The notes beneath the pieces were generated by a model. It saw only the letters and a program-made list of their open reading frames with translations, was not told the DNA's origin and ran no database searches. From assembly GCF_025526975.1 (NCBI RefSeq), contig NW_026515689.1:248001-312000 (forward strand): a stretch of 64,000 bases of DNA. The letters are read 5' to 3'. Both the position numbers and the translations under genes were made by a program. Position 1 is the first letter of the stretch, and every line of letters begins with the position of its first letter. This DNA is from Fimicolochytrium jonesii. Lineage: Eukaryota. This document shows positions 1 to 11,716 of this stretch, piece after piece.

Positions 1-352
1 ATTCCTTATGAAGTGCAACAATGAGACGGTAACCATCGAGCTGAAAAACGGCACCATCGTCCACGGCACGATAACAGGGGTAGACATGCAGATGAACACG
101 CATCTGAAGACAGTCAAAATGACCGTCCGGAACAAAGACCCAGTCAACCTCGAAACGCTCTCGATTCGTGGAAACAACATCAGATATTTCATTCTGCCCG
201 ATTCGCTGCCACTCGACACCCTGCTGGTCGACGACTCGGTGAAAAGCAAAGGACCGAAGAAGGAAGGAAAGCCGGCTGGAGGACGCGGACGTGGGACTCG
301 AGGACGGGGCGGAAGAGGTGGACGGGGTGGAAGGGGACGAGGAAGGGGTTAA
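1..352 (+). CDS. SMD1: Small nuclear ribonucleoprotein Sm D1 (5' end lies upstream of the window)
   Basis: [36 protein letters not shown]...[23 protein letters not shown] followed by a GR-rich tail; stop TAA at 350-352. Confidence 0.97.
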   Translation, partial: FLMKCNNETVTIELKNGTIVHGTITGVDMQMNTHLKTVKMTVRNKDPVNLETLSIRGNNIRYFILPDSLPLDTLLVDDSVKSKGPKKEGKPAGGRGRGTRGRGGRGGRGGRGRGRG

Positions 353-852
353 GCGGTTCTTGGGATACCCGGGGAAGTGTCCGAAGGCGGTAATGTTTCC
401 CCAGGGTCTTTTAGTTGTAGGAGAGAACTGTCCGTCCGCGAATCATGCGTCTTCTGGAGAGGGCATATGACAACCGTATGCCATTGGCCCAGCTTAACCC
501 TTTCTTTGGCGGCCGCTATGCCGCAGGAAAGCTGGAGTTCCATATCCTGCGAAGAGCATCCTTGGTTCCGCCTCTTGTGCATGTAGCTCACATTCTAGGT
601 GCAGGATAGCGTCTTTCTCCTCTTGTATATTGTTTATATATTCTCCCTGAGCGTTGATTCGGATGTTCAACACTGTGCGTACCATGGCATACTCGGAACT
701 CCCAGTCAAGCATGATTTGCTTTTGCAGAAGCTTTTGAGAGTTTTCCGACTGAGGATTTACTCCTTTGTCCGTCCAGCTGGGTCGATTTTTTCCTACAAC
801 TAATTACGGGCTAATTCTGCAACTATTCTACGAAGTCGAATGGTATGAAAAT

Positions 853-2178
853 CTATGCACTGCTATCCGAGATTCTAATCCCAAACTCTTTCCGCAATGC
901 CCGTCGCACATAATTCTTGATCTTGATCGCATCTACCTCACTCTCCCCGCCATGTCCACCTTCCCCACGCAATTTCGACCGTCCCGCGAGCCTGGAGATG
1001 CAATCAAGGTCGATGATCTGCTCCAACACCACGTCCAACTCCTCGTCACGATGCAGCTTGGTGCGAAGCATCGCGTCAAGGAACGTCTTTCGCACGCTCA
1101 AGACCGCGGCTTTTCCATCGGCAACCCAATCCAATCTGTGCACGTCTCTTCTCCGAGGCCGGGTGTTGGGTGTGATCATATACTGCCAAGATGTGTTGGG
1201 CTGCTCAATCTCGATGATCCGCGGAACATAGCGACCTTGCTTCCTAGCCAACTTCGCGATATCCACCAAATGACCGATGGTGGAACTTTTCTTCATCTGG
1301 GCCCACGTCTGTGCATCGAATGTCCGTCGCCACACATGAAACCTGTTAAGCGTGTGTTCCGCAGCTTCGAATGCCGCCGGGTTGGTGAGGTCGGAGATGT
1401 GGTAGTAGCGACTGCGGGGGCCGAAGCGGGTCCAGACGGCGCTCCAGACTTGGTAAAGAACTGTGAAGATGCGGTACTGGGTAAAGATGCGGAGGGTTTC
1501 GGCTGGAATGCTTTGGGACTTTTTGGCAGTCCTGGACGCCGCGATCACTGGCGTTGGTTTCGAGACTTCGGCTGTCTGAGTCTCTTCTGCGCCAGCAAGC
1601 GGCAGGGGAGGCTCTTCCATCGGTAGCCTCTCTGAAGTTCCCGTCGCCTTTTGGGGTTCACTTGCCGACTGCATCTTTTTTAGAGCTACTTGGAGGGCTT
1701 CCACCTCCAACAGAGCGCTATCGAGTTGCGCAGAGAGAATCTTGTTGTACTTTACATATCTAGCGGGTATCGTCCTTATAACGTGCAGCATTGCTTCTAT
1801 TCCCATCGTCAGCTCATCGAGAGACTTCTCGACAGTCGGTGTCGGCGTAGTGTAAATTTTCAGGGCAGCGGGGTTCGGTTGTTCATCCGGTTGTTTCCTC
1901 GACCTGGGTTCAACATCCTCTTTCTTCTTCGGTGCTTTCCACGAGTCCTGTTTATCTTCCCATTGTACTCCGTCTACACAGTCCAGTTCATACAGGCCCG
2001 GCACAAGTTTCTCGTCTAATTGGCCGGTTGCCTCGGAAAAGAGCAGGTTCGTGTCCGTAAGGCCTCGAAGTCTCGGTGACGCTCTTGGCGAGATTTGCAG
2101 CGCGGAAAAGATGAGGCGGCAAGAAGTGGGGTGTATTGGGCCGTACGTCGTCCTTTTATGTATTATGCGGATTGACAT
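853..2178 (-). CDS. Hypothetical protein (~440 aa), no recognised domain
   Basis: Long uninterrupted ORF (490 codons open; likely ATG MSIRIIHK at 2178) filling the gap between two genes; basic N-terminus. Confidence 0.6.
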   Translation of the reverse strand: MSIRIIHKRTTYGPIHPTSCRLIFSALQISPRASPRLRGLTDTNLLFSEATGQLDEKLVPGLYELDCVDGVQWEDKQDSWKAPKKKEDVEPRSRKQPDEQPNPAALKIYTTPTPTVEKSLDELTMGIEAMLHVIRTIPARYVKYNKILSAQLDSALLEVEALQVALKKMQSASEPQKATGTSERLPMEEPPLPLAGAEETQTAEVSKPTPVIAASRTAKKSQSIPAETLRIFTQYRIFTVLYQVWSAVWTRFGPRSRYYHISDLTNPAAFEAAEHTLNRFHVWRRTFDAQTWAQMKKSSTIGHLVDIAKLARKQGRYVPRIIEIEQPNTSWQYMITPNTRPRRRDVHRLDWVADGKAAVLSVRKTFLDAMLRTKLHRDEELDVVLEQIIDLDCISRLAGRSKLRGEGGHGGESEVDAIKIKNYVRRALRKEFGIRISDSSA

Positions 2179-2476
2179 GGTGCCTCGGTTTCGATATGTA
2201 TAGTCGACTTGTCTGGATTTCGATAGGAGGTGGGGATATGAAGACGTCTGGATGTTGAAGGTCGTTGGGTTGGAATGCTGGTTTCGATCGGAGTTTTCTC
2301 GAGAAGAGGCGCAGCACATTGACAATTCTGACAGCGCGGCGCGGCTTCCGACAAATTGCGCTGGGATAGGTATGGACGTAGAAAACAGTTACATTTCATC
2401 TACGAGTACGACAAGGCAATAATGCATACGTCCATTGGCAATGCAACGCAAAAGTACACGATATGTTCAAGAAGTA

Positions 2477-5400
2477 CTATCGCCGCCCAGTAAGTCTGTC
2501 CACAAAAACAAAGTCATGCAAGTAGGTAATAACGTCCGAAATCCATGGTGGAAGGACTCTTCGTCCTGTGGCTCCCGTTCGTCCACCTGCTGCGTCGTGC
2601 GCCCGCTCGTCTTTGAATACACCCGTTGCTACTTGCAGAGCTGGCAAATTCGCGCTGGCGATGGCTCGCTCCGCTCCCGGGAAGACGATAAGATATGAGG
2701 CTGCTATAAGTGGGGTCTGCGGCGATCCTGCGTGCATCTCATGAAGCGCAAGAGGCCGGCGGAAATCCCGGCATCTGAGGCCGGCGGGCCTTGCGGCTGG
2801 TTGACGGCCTTCCGTGCCATCGCTTACACGTGCCGAACGAAGGATACGCAGCTCATCCAAGTCCCTCAACTCCACGTCCTCCTTCTTACTGCGGGTGTCT
2901 GCACCCCGTCGTGAAGTCTTCTCGGCATCTGATATGACAAGCTCTCGATCGGGAGGGCTCAGCGAGAGCTCTACTTCATACATCTTCGGTGGCTCCTTGG
3001 GAAGAACCGCGACCTTTCCTTCCCTCATCAGTCTCACGAGGAATACCCTTTCTCGGCACCGCCTGGCCAAAAACGTCGCGAGGAGGCTCGTCACAATGGC
3101 CGAGAGAAACACGATAACGAAGGTAGCGATATCCGACGGTTGTATGCCGTCGGTAATTGCACCTGTGTTTCCGCCAGGTCCGTTCGCAGTAGAGCGAGCT
3201 GCTGTAACTTGCACGCTTACTCCTACCGAGGAAGGTGTATCTCGTTTCCGTGCTGTAACCCTCGCAGGGTAGCTAACCCGAAGCACGTAATCCGCGGACA
3301 TGTGATCATGGCTGTACGTGGAAACTGTTAGGTCACCACCTAGCGTTGAGTAACTGCCCACTGGCTGGATCGACAACAGGGTGAGATTCAGTTTCACGTC
3401 TCCGTTGTCTGGCTGCGCGCGGAATGTGATCTCTGCAGCGGCGATAGAGCTCGTGAGTCAATATCGACTGGTGATGCCAGTGTGTGCGCCAGTCTTACCA
3501 TATCCTGGCATGTCGATGTATACTTTATAGTCCACAAACGCGCCTTGTAACAGGACCGTCGAAATGGGGTCGTGACCCACTACCAAAGGTTGCCCTGTGA
3601 TGTCACAGCGTGAGTTTCAACGAAAAGGTAAAAACCATCATGGCTGCAGTCCTATTTTCCACTCACTTATTGGACATTTGGAGGCATCTCTCGTGAACGT
3701 CGAACTCTGCGGACAAGAATTTGGAGTCCCATTGCCCGACGTTGCATTGGCGAACACGCAGCTGTCCCCGCACCACCCGCAGAACGGGCGCGCTACACAG
3801 TCTGTGCAGTCATACCACGATGCACACCACTTCGTTTGTGCGCAGACGTCACGGTCAGCTTGCGATCCGAAGTCCGGCAAACTTGCAATGGGGTATGAGT
3901 AGTTGTCGTTCAGGAAGACTCCGTTAGCGCCGGCGTGCATCAGAATGTTGTCGTTGCGTAGGACGCTTGAAGCGCCTTGACGGCGGGCTTTTCCGCGACT
4001 CGGACTCCCGGCATAGACAACATTCATGCATGCTTTTGGGTTGCGACGCGCAAGGGAGTATCAGATTGATTGAAGAGCGTGATCAAATCAATAATGGCAT
4101 TCCCTTACCTACATCCAGCAGCAGGACGTCGCTCGATAGGCATTCTTCATTCACCATATTGGAAGTGAGTAAAGGACGGATGCCCCCGTTTATCGCAATA
4201 ACATCGTTCCCAATGTAATGACCGGTTGCATCGATAACAAGAGGTAAATTGTCTTGAAGCGGTCCCAGATACCAGTTTCCGGCGTCTATCGAAAAGTAGT
4301 ACGTCGGTAGCCCATATTGAAGATTTGGTATCCACATGTGGTAGCTGCCCCCGATCAGATGAAGCGAGTTGCTTCTGGGATGGTATACAAGGAGGCCGTC
4401 GCTCATTGGCAACGGGATTGGTCGCAAAACCCTCCATTGGTTCGAACCTGCCAAGTCATCGTTAACACGTCCTGCCGTTGAAAAGCAGCGGAGATTCTCC
4501 ACATACTCGATGTGTATTCGTACAGATTCCTCGAGTAGCTTGGGCCCGGAATAATACCGCCTACTACGTAAATCTTGTAACCGGTCGGCGTCTCCACCAA
4601 AGTGGCTGAGAAACCGACAGCAGCGGTTGGAATGTCCCCTCCTGTTCGCACGGGGCTCCAAGTGTTGCGGTCTGAGACAGTGAGTTTGTGAACGTTGTCA
4701 TCAATAAAGGATGTCCTTCTGACTCGCACGAACCTGGGGAATAGTTCCAGATGTACCTCGTCGTCAATGGTCCACTCTCGGTCACCCCTCCGAACAACAC
4801 TAGTGTCCCGTTCACCATCCAAGTAAAATGTCCATAGAGCGCCCCAGGCGACGATCCGGTTGTTCTGGAGATGCTCGACCATCGGCTTGACGCTGTCGCT
4901 CAGATCGGATGAACTGTCAGAGACGTCAGCGAAAAAGCATTCACTCGGTAGAACGCTCACCAAAATCGTGAACGAGAATATCATTCAGCAAGGTGGGCTC
5001 TTCTCCATATCCAAACGTGACGTATAGTTTCTGCAATGAAACGTCCGTATGTCAGCCGATCCTATTGTCAGCAGACAGACTTCCGGAGTACGATACCACT
5101 ACTTACGTCGCTTGTCCTGTCGTATGCTCCAGAATGGTACGCTCGTGAAGTAAAACCAGGGTATCCTACAGTGTCTGAGCTCGAAGTTTAGAACCCGCAC
5201 CTGTGGAGAGTCCTCGTGGGATGTACCTTTTTGACAGAGGTCTCCTGCATGATAGAGGTCACATCTGCAGGTACCAGCGACACAGGGAAACCCGGCACAT
5301 TCTGACGATGTGCTGCAAAGCTGCGATTTATCTAGACATTCTCATCTTGAGTTCGGCGGACGGAAAGGACCCCGGGTATTCTATAGTGGACTCACCCCTA

Positions 5401-5954
5401 ACTCGGAAATGCGCTGTGAACCCCGTAGTGGTGACCGCGGAATCCGAATTGAAGACCACTGTCATCGCATTCCCCGTCGAGACCACTACGGTCTTGTTTC
5501 TGACGCCACAGAGCTCGGCGATACGAGGGCCAGACTGATCCGCTCCATCGTAAATCACCACGTAGTCGTACCCGCATTCCGTGTGGAACGATTCAAATGA
5601 CAGCTGGATGCGAGTAAATCAGTCCCTGGTGTAGGCTTTTCACTGCTTGTGCCACAAGGGGCCTACCACTACAAGTGACTGGTCGCTCCGGGGAGTGATT
5701 CTCCATACGCAGTTCATATCGATATCGTAGTTTGACATCGAGTTCCCCGCTGCGGTCGCGATCCATCCTTCATCATCCTGAATATCGGTCAGGGGGGTGC
5801 AATATCCGTCGGCGGGGTACTTCGGGATAGTTGTCGTTCCGCGAACTGCTAGTCGGCTATTTCGATCATCTGTGGAAAGTTCCTTGCATTGTACTTTTGC
5901 TTGAAGCAGTACGACTACTGCTTCAAGCAGAAAGTACCAACAAAAGTTTCGCAT
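2477..5954 (-). CDS. Attractin/MEGF8-like single-pass membrane protein (signal peptide, CUB, Kelch repeats, PSI, TM, cytoplasmic tail); multi-exon
   Basis: Signal MRNFCWYFLLEAVVVLLQAKVQC; CUB motifs NYDIDMNCVWRI and IYDGADQSGPRIAELCG...MTVVFNSDSAVTTTGFTAHF; Kelch motifs LVLFGG, IYVVGG, LHLIGG, IAINGG; PSI CASWYDCTDCVARPFCGWCGDSC; TM DIATFVIVFLSAIVTSLLATFLA. Confidence 0.8.
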
Positions 5955-6299
5955 TTGTTTTGATGTTGTGAAAGGCTAAATGCACGAAAGGAGGTTTCGA
6001 CGCACGATCTGCGCTGCATCGTCGCCAGCTACGACGAGATCTGGCTTGTACTGGCTGGCACGGACGGACAGACGCACGCTAAATTTCCCGCGCCTTGTCC
6101 ACCGCAGAAACTCTGGAGGAATGACGGTTAGCGGAGGATCTCCGCAAGCTGACGTAAGGCGCGTGCTTTCCACTCTTCTGAATCAGCTTCTGAATCTAGT
6201 TTTCAGACGCACAGTTCCGAATGTGGTCTGCCCGAGAGTTCCGACAACTCTGGCACGGTGGCATCTCCCTCTCCCAGCCAGCAAACATTTGCAATCGTC

Positions 6300-7120
6300 A
6301 TGGACGGCCAACAACAAGACGCAGGGAGGCTCTACACACGTTGCTACTGCGAAGAGAATGTCTACAACCTCGTTCGCTTCGTAAAAGAGTTACCGCAGAC
6401 CTCCAGCGCCCCAGATTTCACAGACCCTTACGCAAAAGAAATCGTCACTTTCTTCCGCGCCAATCAGTTGACTCTCAGCGATGTGCACGTTGTGTTCGTG
6501 TCGTCTGACCTGGGCTGGGTGGACATAGCAAAGCAGAAAGCGGGGCAACCTCCGAGAGGGGCCGTCATTTGGGATTATCACGTCTTTGCAATCGCTGTGG
6601 CGGAAAACCGCAAAGTTGTTTTCGACTTTGACTCTACTTTGGGCTTCCCTGCGGATTTACCGACGTATATCGAGGAGAGTTTTCCGCACACTCGCCTGCC
6701 CGTCCCCAGGTGAGTGAGAGCAACGCTGGAGGCTCTAGCTGCTACTACCAATCTGCTGAGTGCTCCGCAACCAGAAAGTTTCGTGTTGTCTCGGGCGAGC
6801 AATACTTGGCCTTTTTCTCCAGTGACAGACGACACATGAAGAAAACCGTAGATGGGATGTCGACATGGTCTGCCACCCCTCCAACACACGCCCTCATCAG
6901 GTCACATCGATCGGAGTTGATCCATGCACAAGAGCAGGAGTACGACCGCGAATGGTCTAAATGTTGGGGTCCAGCTCACACTGCTCCGGTTGACAGCAGC
7001 CACACTCTGCCCTTATACATTCGGATGCCGCCGGATGGAGCCGAAAATGGCGGGATCTGTAGCTCGAACCCCTTGGGAGAAGTAACGGATCTAGAGCAGC
7101 TAATCAAATTTTTTGAATAG
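6300..7120 (+). CDS. NTAQ1: Protein N-terminal glutamine amidohydrolase (NTAQ1/WDYHV1 family); intron 6710-6774
   Basis: YTRCYCEENVY, VIWDYHV, FDFDSTL (Cys-His-Asp triad) and FSSDRRHM motifs; GTGAGT...CAG intron joins the two ORFs in frame. Confidence 0.92.
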
Positions 7121-8445
7121 CGCTACCCATGGTACAGTTCCGGTGGAAAGCTTTCCGCCCGTTGCAGTCTTTGTTTCTGGCCAGGGCGAGGTTCCACAGC
7201 CCAAAGTTTCATCCGGACAGACGGTCACGAGATGGGTAAAAAGTGGAGACTTCAAGAGTGCGCAACATGCGAGATACCTCCTGATATTCCGCCCATCTTT
7301 GACCGAGACATTCAAGCCGCCGCCAACTTTCGTTTCCTGATTCATCAATATTCACGACACAACGGGCGTCGACCTCCAATGGAATGCCTGACTGGGTACC
7401 TAATGTGCCGTTGTGGTGAAGTTTGCCCATATTCCCCTCCTTAGATAAGTATCCCGTATCTAGCTATTCCCACCCGCGATGGCACACGACCTGCGTGCAT
7501 CGCAAAACATGCGACTTTACTTTTTGTAATTTGTAGATGAGAGTTTTCATGGCACTCTAAATCGAATGCATCTGAAATTTACTGCATCTTCATTTGGGTA
7601 AGTGTCTGGTAGATAGTTATTTGAGCCCCGCGCCCCTTCCCCGATGGCCGTCTGATGCGACGGCATCTGAGAAGGCTGAGCGCGAATTTGATTGGCATTC
7701 GGTAATATCAAGCTCAAGCTTAACTGCCTCCATGATGAACGCCTCGAAGGGTAGCCAGGCACAAAAGTAAACCATTTTGAAAACCCAGGGTACCGCGAAT
7801 GACCTGCGTTATGTAAGCAACAAGCGGGAAACTCCGACCTATTTTTGGGATACGCTTTAGCAACCTACTCACCCATATTTAGTTCCTCGCAGTTCACCAT
7901 TGTCCTTTGGCATCAGAAGGGAGCGACGTAGCAAGAACCACAGTTCCTAATTTTGTCCAGGCATCATTTAGACTTAGCATCGGACCCTGGTACCCGTAAT
8001 TATAGCTCTTGTATTTCGAACAGCCTTGTTTCTCAAATTTGAGGGATCATCAGGCAGGAAATATAAAGCCGGAGCGCCTGACTCACGGCTGTCAGTTAGC
8101 CAAGCGCCATTTCTTTCCAAGCCTACGGCCAAGTCGGACTTTGCAAGTGCGTCATTTCTTATCGTACGGGGCGTAAAAGCAGTCACAAGGCATATACCCA
8201 AGGCTGCCAGGGAATTCCTGCTAAGAATCCTCGTTTTGGACGGGCGAGACTTCACGGCCGTTTGTATTTTGCAACTTCGTATATACAACGACTTCCACAG
8301 ATCCGCAGATCCCACAGCAAGGAGTTCTCCTTCGATTTCTCCAATACCCATCGACTGTTTACCGCCACCGTTCTCTGTTGGACTCCTCCTCGAAGCTCGA
8401 ATCGAGCCCAAGTAGCTCTCGATAGCACGCTCGCTGCCTCACATC

Positions 8446-9666
8446 ATGACTTCCATAAACGACGATTTCCTGAGAGAAATGTTCTCGTCGTCCCCGTTCC
8501 AGGCGCAACAACAAATTTACATGCCCCAAGACTGGCACCAGCCTCGCAGCGTGCCGACGGACAATGTCCTGACCGCCGAAACGGCTGGAATGCTTTCCGG
8601 AGGAAACGTCCCGGTTCCTCGCTATACGCATAGCAACAACTACAGGCCGATCAGCACCTTGACGTCTCGACACTATCCGCACTTCAGGCCGGTCCCCGAT
8701 AGACAACAGCCTCTGGCTGTCCCTCATAGTTTCCATAACCAACAGGCGCAATCGTACAACGACTTGTACACGGCATATCCTCCAAGCCCGTCATCACCGC
8801 TATCCGCCACCATGCACTCGATGTATCAAAGCGAGCGCCTCCCAATTATGGCGTTGCAAGCAGCGAACAACAATGTCGGTGCCATCACTCCCACCACCCC
8901 GGCATCTTTCGGAAGCCATGGGGAAGACATGTTGCACTCGAGGGGTATTCGTCCTTTTGAGGTGGAATTCCCCAACTTTCAAGGGGACGGCCGTAACAAG
9001 CCCCCATACCCCTACGTTGAGTTGATTTCGTACGCCATCAATAGCCATCCGAGCCAGAAGATGGCGCTCTCCGAGATTTACAACTGGTTGCTTGTTCACT
9101 TTCCTTGGTTTCAAACGGCCACTAGCAACTGGAGGGTGAGCAGCATCTGCCGTGGTGATGGTCGATTTCAACCGCACATTGACTCACTTTGCCTTCCCCC
9201 TTCACAGAACTCCGTAAGGCACAACTTGAGTCTTAACAAGAAGTTCGTTCGAGTTCCACGAGAAGCCGCCGACGGAGTCGGGAAAGGCGACCTATGGACC
9301 GTAGAGCCTATGGCGGAGCTCGCGCCGGGTCCGGCACGGAATAGAAGGAAATCAAGCGCAGCGAAAGTGCCCTACGAGCGAAAGAAGTCAAACGCTGTAG
9401 CAACCTCCGTGCAAGTCAAGAAAGCCGCCTCAAAACCTACCAGAAGATTGTCGCAGGCAGCTCCGGCGCGACAAGCCCCCGTCACATCCCCGGCGGCAAT
9501 CGATCTGCCTGAGGTTCCTCCGTTGGAGAATTTTGAAGAAGAAGTGCTCGCTTTCTTCAACAGCCAACCACCAACACCCTACGTCGGACATCCCTTGTCT
9601 TGTCCGCTGCCAGCCATGGAGGGCTCCAGCGAGAGCCTTGAAAGCTTGCTGGTGGACCTTGCGTGA
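8446..9666 (+). CDS. Forkhead-box transcription factor; intron 9136-9207
   Basis: KPPYPYVELISYAI...LSEIYNWL...FPWF...NWR|NSVRHNLSLNKKFVRVPR...GKGDLW. Confidence 0.93.
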   Translation: MTSINDDFLREMFSSSPFQAQQQIYMPQDWHQPRSVPTDNVLTAETAGMLSGGNVPVPRYTHSNNYRPISTLTSRHYPHFRPVPDRQQPLAVPHSFHNQQAQSYNDLYTAYPPSPSSPLSATMHSMYQSERLPIMALQAANNNVGAITPTTPASFGSHGEDMLHSRGIRPFEVEFPNFQGDGRNKPPYPYVELISYAINSHPSQKMALSEIYNWLLVHFPWFQTATSNWRVSSICRGDGRFQPHIDSLCLPPSQNSVRHNLSLNKKFVRVPREAADGVGKGDLWTVEPMAELAPGPARNRRKSSAAKVPYERKKSNAVATSVQVKKAASKPTRRLSQAAPARQAPVTSPAAIDLPEVPPLENFEEEVLAFFNSQPPTPYVGHPLSCPLPAMEGSSESLESLLVDLA

Positions 9667-11716
9667 GGACCTAGTATAGGAAGAGCCTGATCGTATTGTT
9701 GTCAGCTTGATCAATCCTGTATACCCAACCGCAGTTATCGGGTCTCATTCAAGAAATTAGGAAGTATAGGCATAGCCGTTGAGTGAGAGTAAACTTTCTC
9801 CGTGAATCCTGCGTACAATTTCCCTATACTGCCAATTGTTTGCTACATACATACTGTACGTCCGCAACGCATACGTGAAGAACTCGGCTATTTCAGTTTG
9901 ATGCACATTTCAGGATCCGTTGAATCTTATCAGGATAATGATGTCACTGCTGTCCGATCACTTCTTCATTCGAGGTGATGAGCCTATGGCAAAGTGTCGA
10001 CTTCGTTGGCATGATATGATATATCGCCGGCCGAATTTGCGATCAAAGATGAGAAAGTCGCCACGAACCCTGGGCAACTGTGATCGATATGGATCTCCGC
10101 AGTGTCTCTGATCCTTCTCCTGCAATACTTACACATGATCTACATAGCGCGCGTCGAGTGGCATGCATGTACGTGAAGTATTGCGCAACGCAGCCATACT
10201 GTAACAAGCCCACCTGCGTCAAGCTTGATATCGCCCAGGCCGAGGGAGGTGCTAGAGGACCAGTGGTGATGGAGGTGTTACCCCTGGCCCGCATGTTTTC
10301 TGCCCTGGCCGCTAAACAGCCTACCTGAGGCATATGGACGCGTCGATCACAAACGAGCTTGTTTGCAGCAATATCCGGTGGGACAGTTTCCAAAGGAACT
10401 GCGGATCCGAACTTCCGAAGGGGGCACAAAGACGACTAATTCCACGCCGACTCTCCGCGGACCCGGACGGCCATTCAATGGCATACAGTACTTACTGTAG
10501 AGGTTTGCCGGCCGCCACGACCATCTCTGTTTTCGCTTCCAACTTAGCAGCTTGAGGACATGTTATTCTATCCTGGTGGCCAAGCGAGAACCAACACGCA
10601 GTTTTTTTTGCGTGCGCAGACATCGCCACCACCTACGGTCACAACATGCATAGCCTCGCGAGGTCATACAACACCGCCGAGCGTCCATACAGCGCAGCCA
10701 GAGCCACTCCCAACGGGTATAAAGGTCAGGCAGCTACGTGGCCAAGCGAGAACATACCAGTCACTGAACCGCAGCTACCGGGCCCTTGCCCAGTTCGCTC
10801 ATGAGGCTGGTAATGAGCCAGGTTCCGTCTTTGAAGACGTTGATGATGCGGACGTTGAGGAGTAGATGCCCAGATACCCGTAATACCGTATGATCTCGCT
10901 CGGCAACGTATCTTGTTGTATAGCAGACTCGTAGCTAGTGGCTTCCTTACCGTTGTATGTTATAAAAATGAATCGTAGCTTGACGTTGACCTATGACGCA
11001 TGTAAAAAAATCTGCGTGTTGGTTCTCGCTTGGCCACCAGGATAGATAGATGTGGGATAGCCATCGGTCTCGCCGTATCATGCACACGCCTGCCAGAACC
11101 GAGTTCCGGTCAGGTCCAACGCAAAAAAGGTGTCTGTCACCTTCGAACGCGGCCACCAGGCTTCGGAAACGTATTTGTACCACCCGGATCATTAACGTTT
11201 CCAGAGTCCGCCGTTGCTTTACGGACTTGTAGACTGTTGGAGATCCGGATGTCGTTCTTCGTTGAAAGTCAGTGCTGCCTGGACAACCGTCGTGCAAAGT
11301 TCTCTCGAGTAACCCAACAGAGAATCGTATAAGGATCATGGATCAGCTTCTCCTACTCCCTTCGGTTGATCGAGATCCAGTGCGTTGTACACTTTTTCGT
11401 TCGACAACAATCACATACGGTTCTTCTTCGTGGGTGTCAATACAGAGCCATTTTGATCCCACAGTTGAATGTTTTGTGGCCAGATCACCTTCTGATATTT
11501 GTGTGCCGCTCCTTTGTGAGACTGGATACTATTCACCTCACGAAACGCAGAACGGAATGGAAGGAAGACCTGGGGAGAGCTGGCTGCGTGTTTATGCACT
11601 CATCGTTGACAGTCTGAGACGGAGAAAGCCATAAAAGGGCGAGGAGCGCACCTCACACCCTTTCCGCACATCAGCAAGCTCCTTCATTTCTTCTCACCCC
11701 CTTGGTCCTATCCGAA

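Noticed and set aside
9920..10865. Possible spliced gene or pseudogene between the forkhead and subtilisin genes
   Set aside because: Short ORFs and plausible splice sites, but an in-frame stop and no recognisable domain; not supportable
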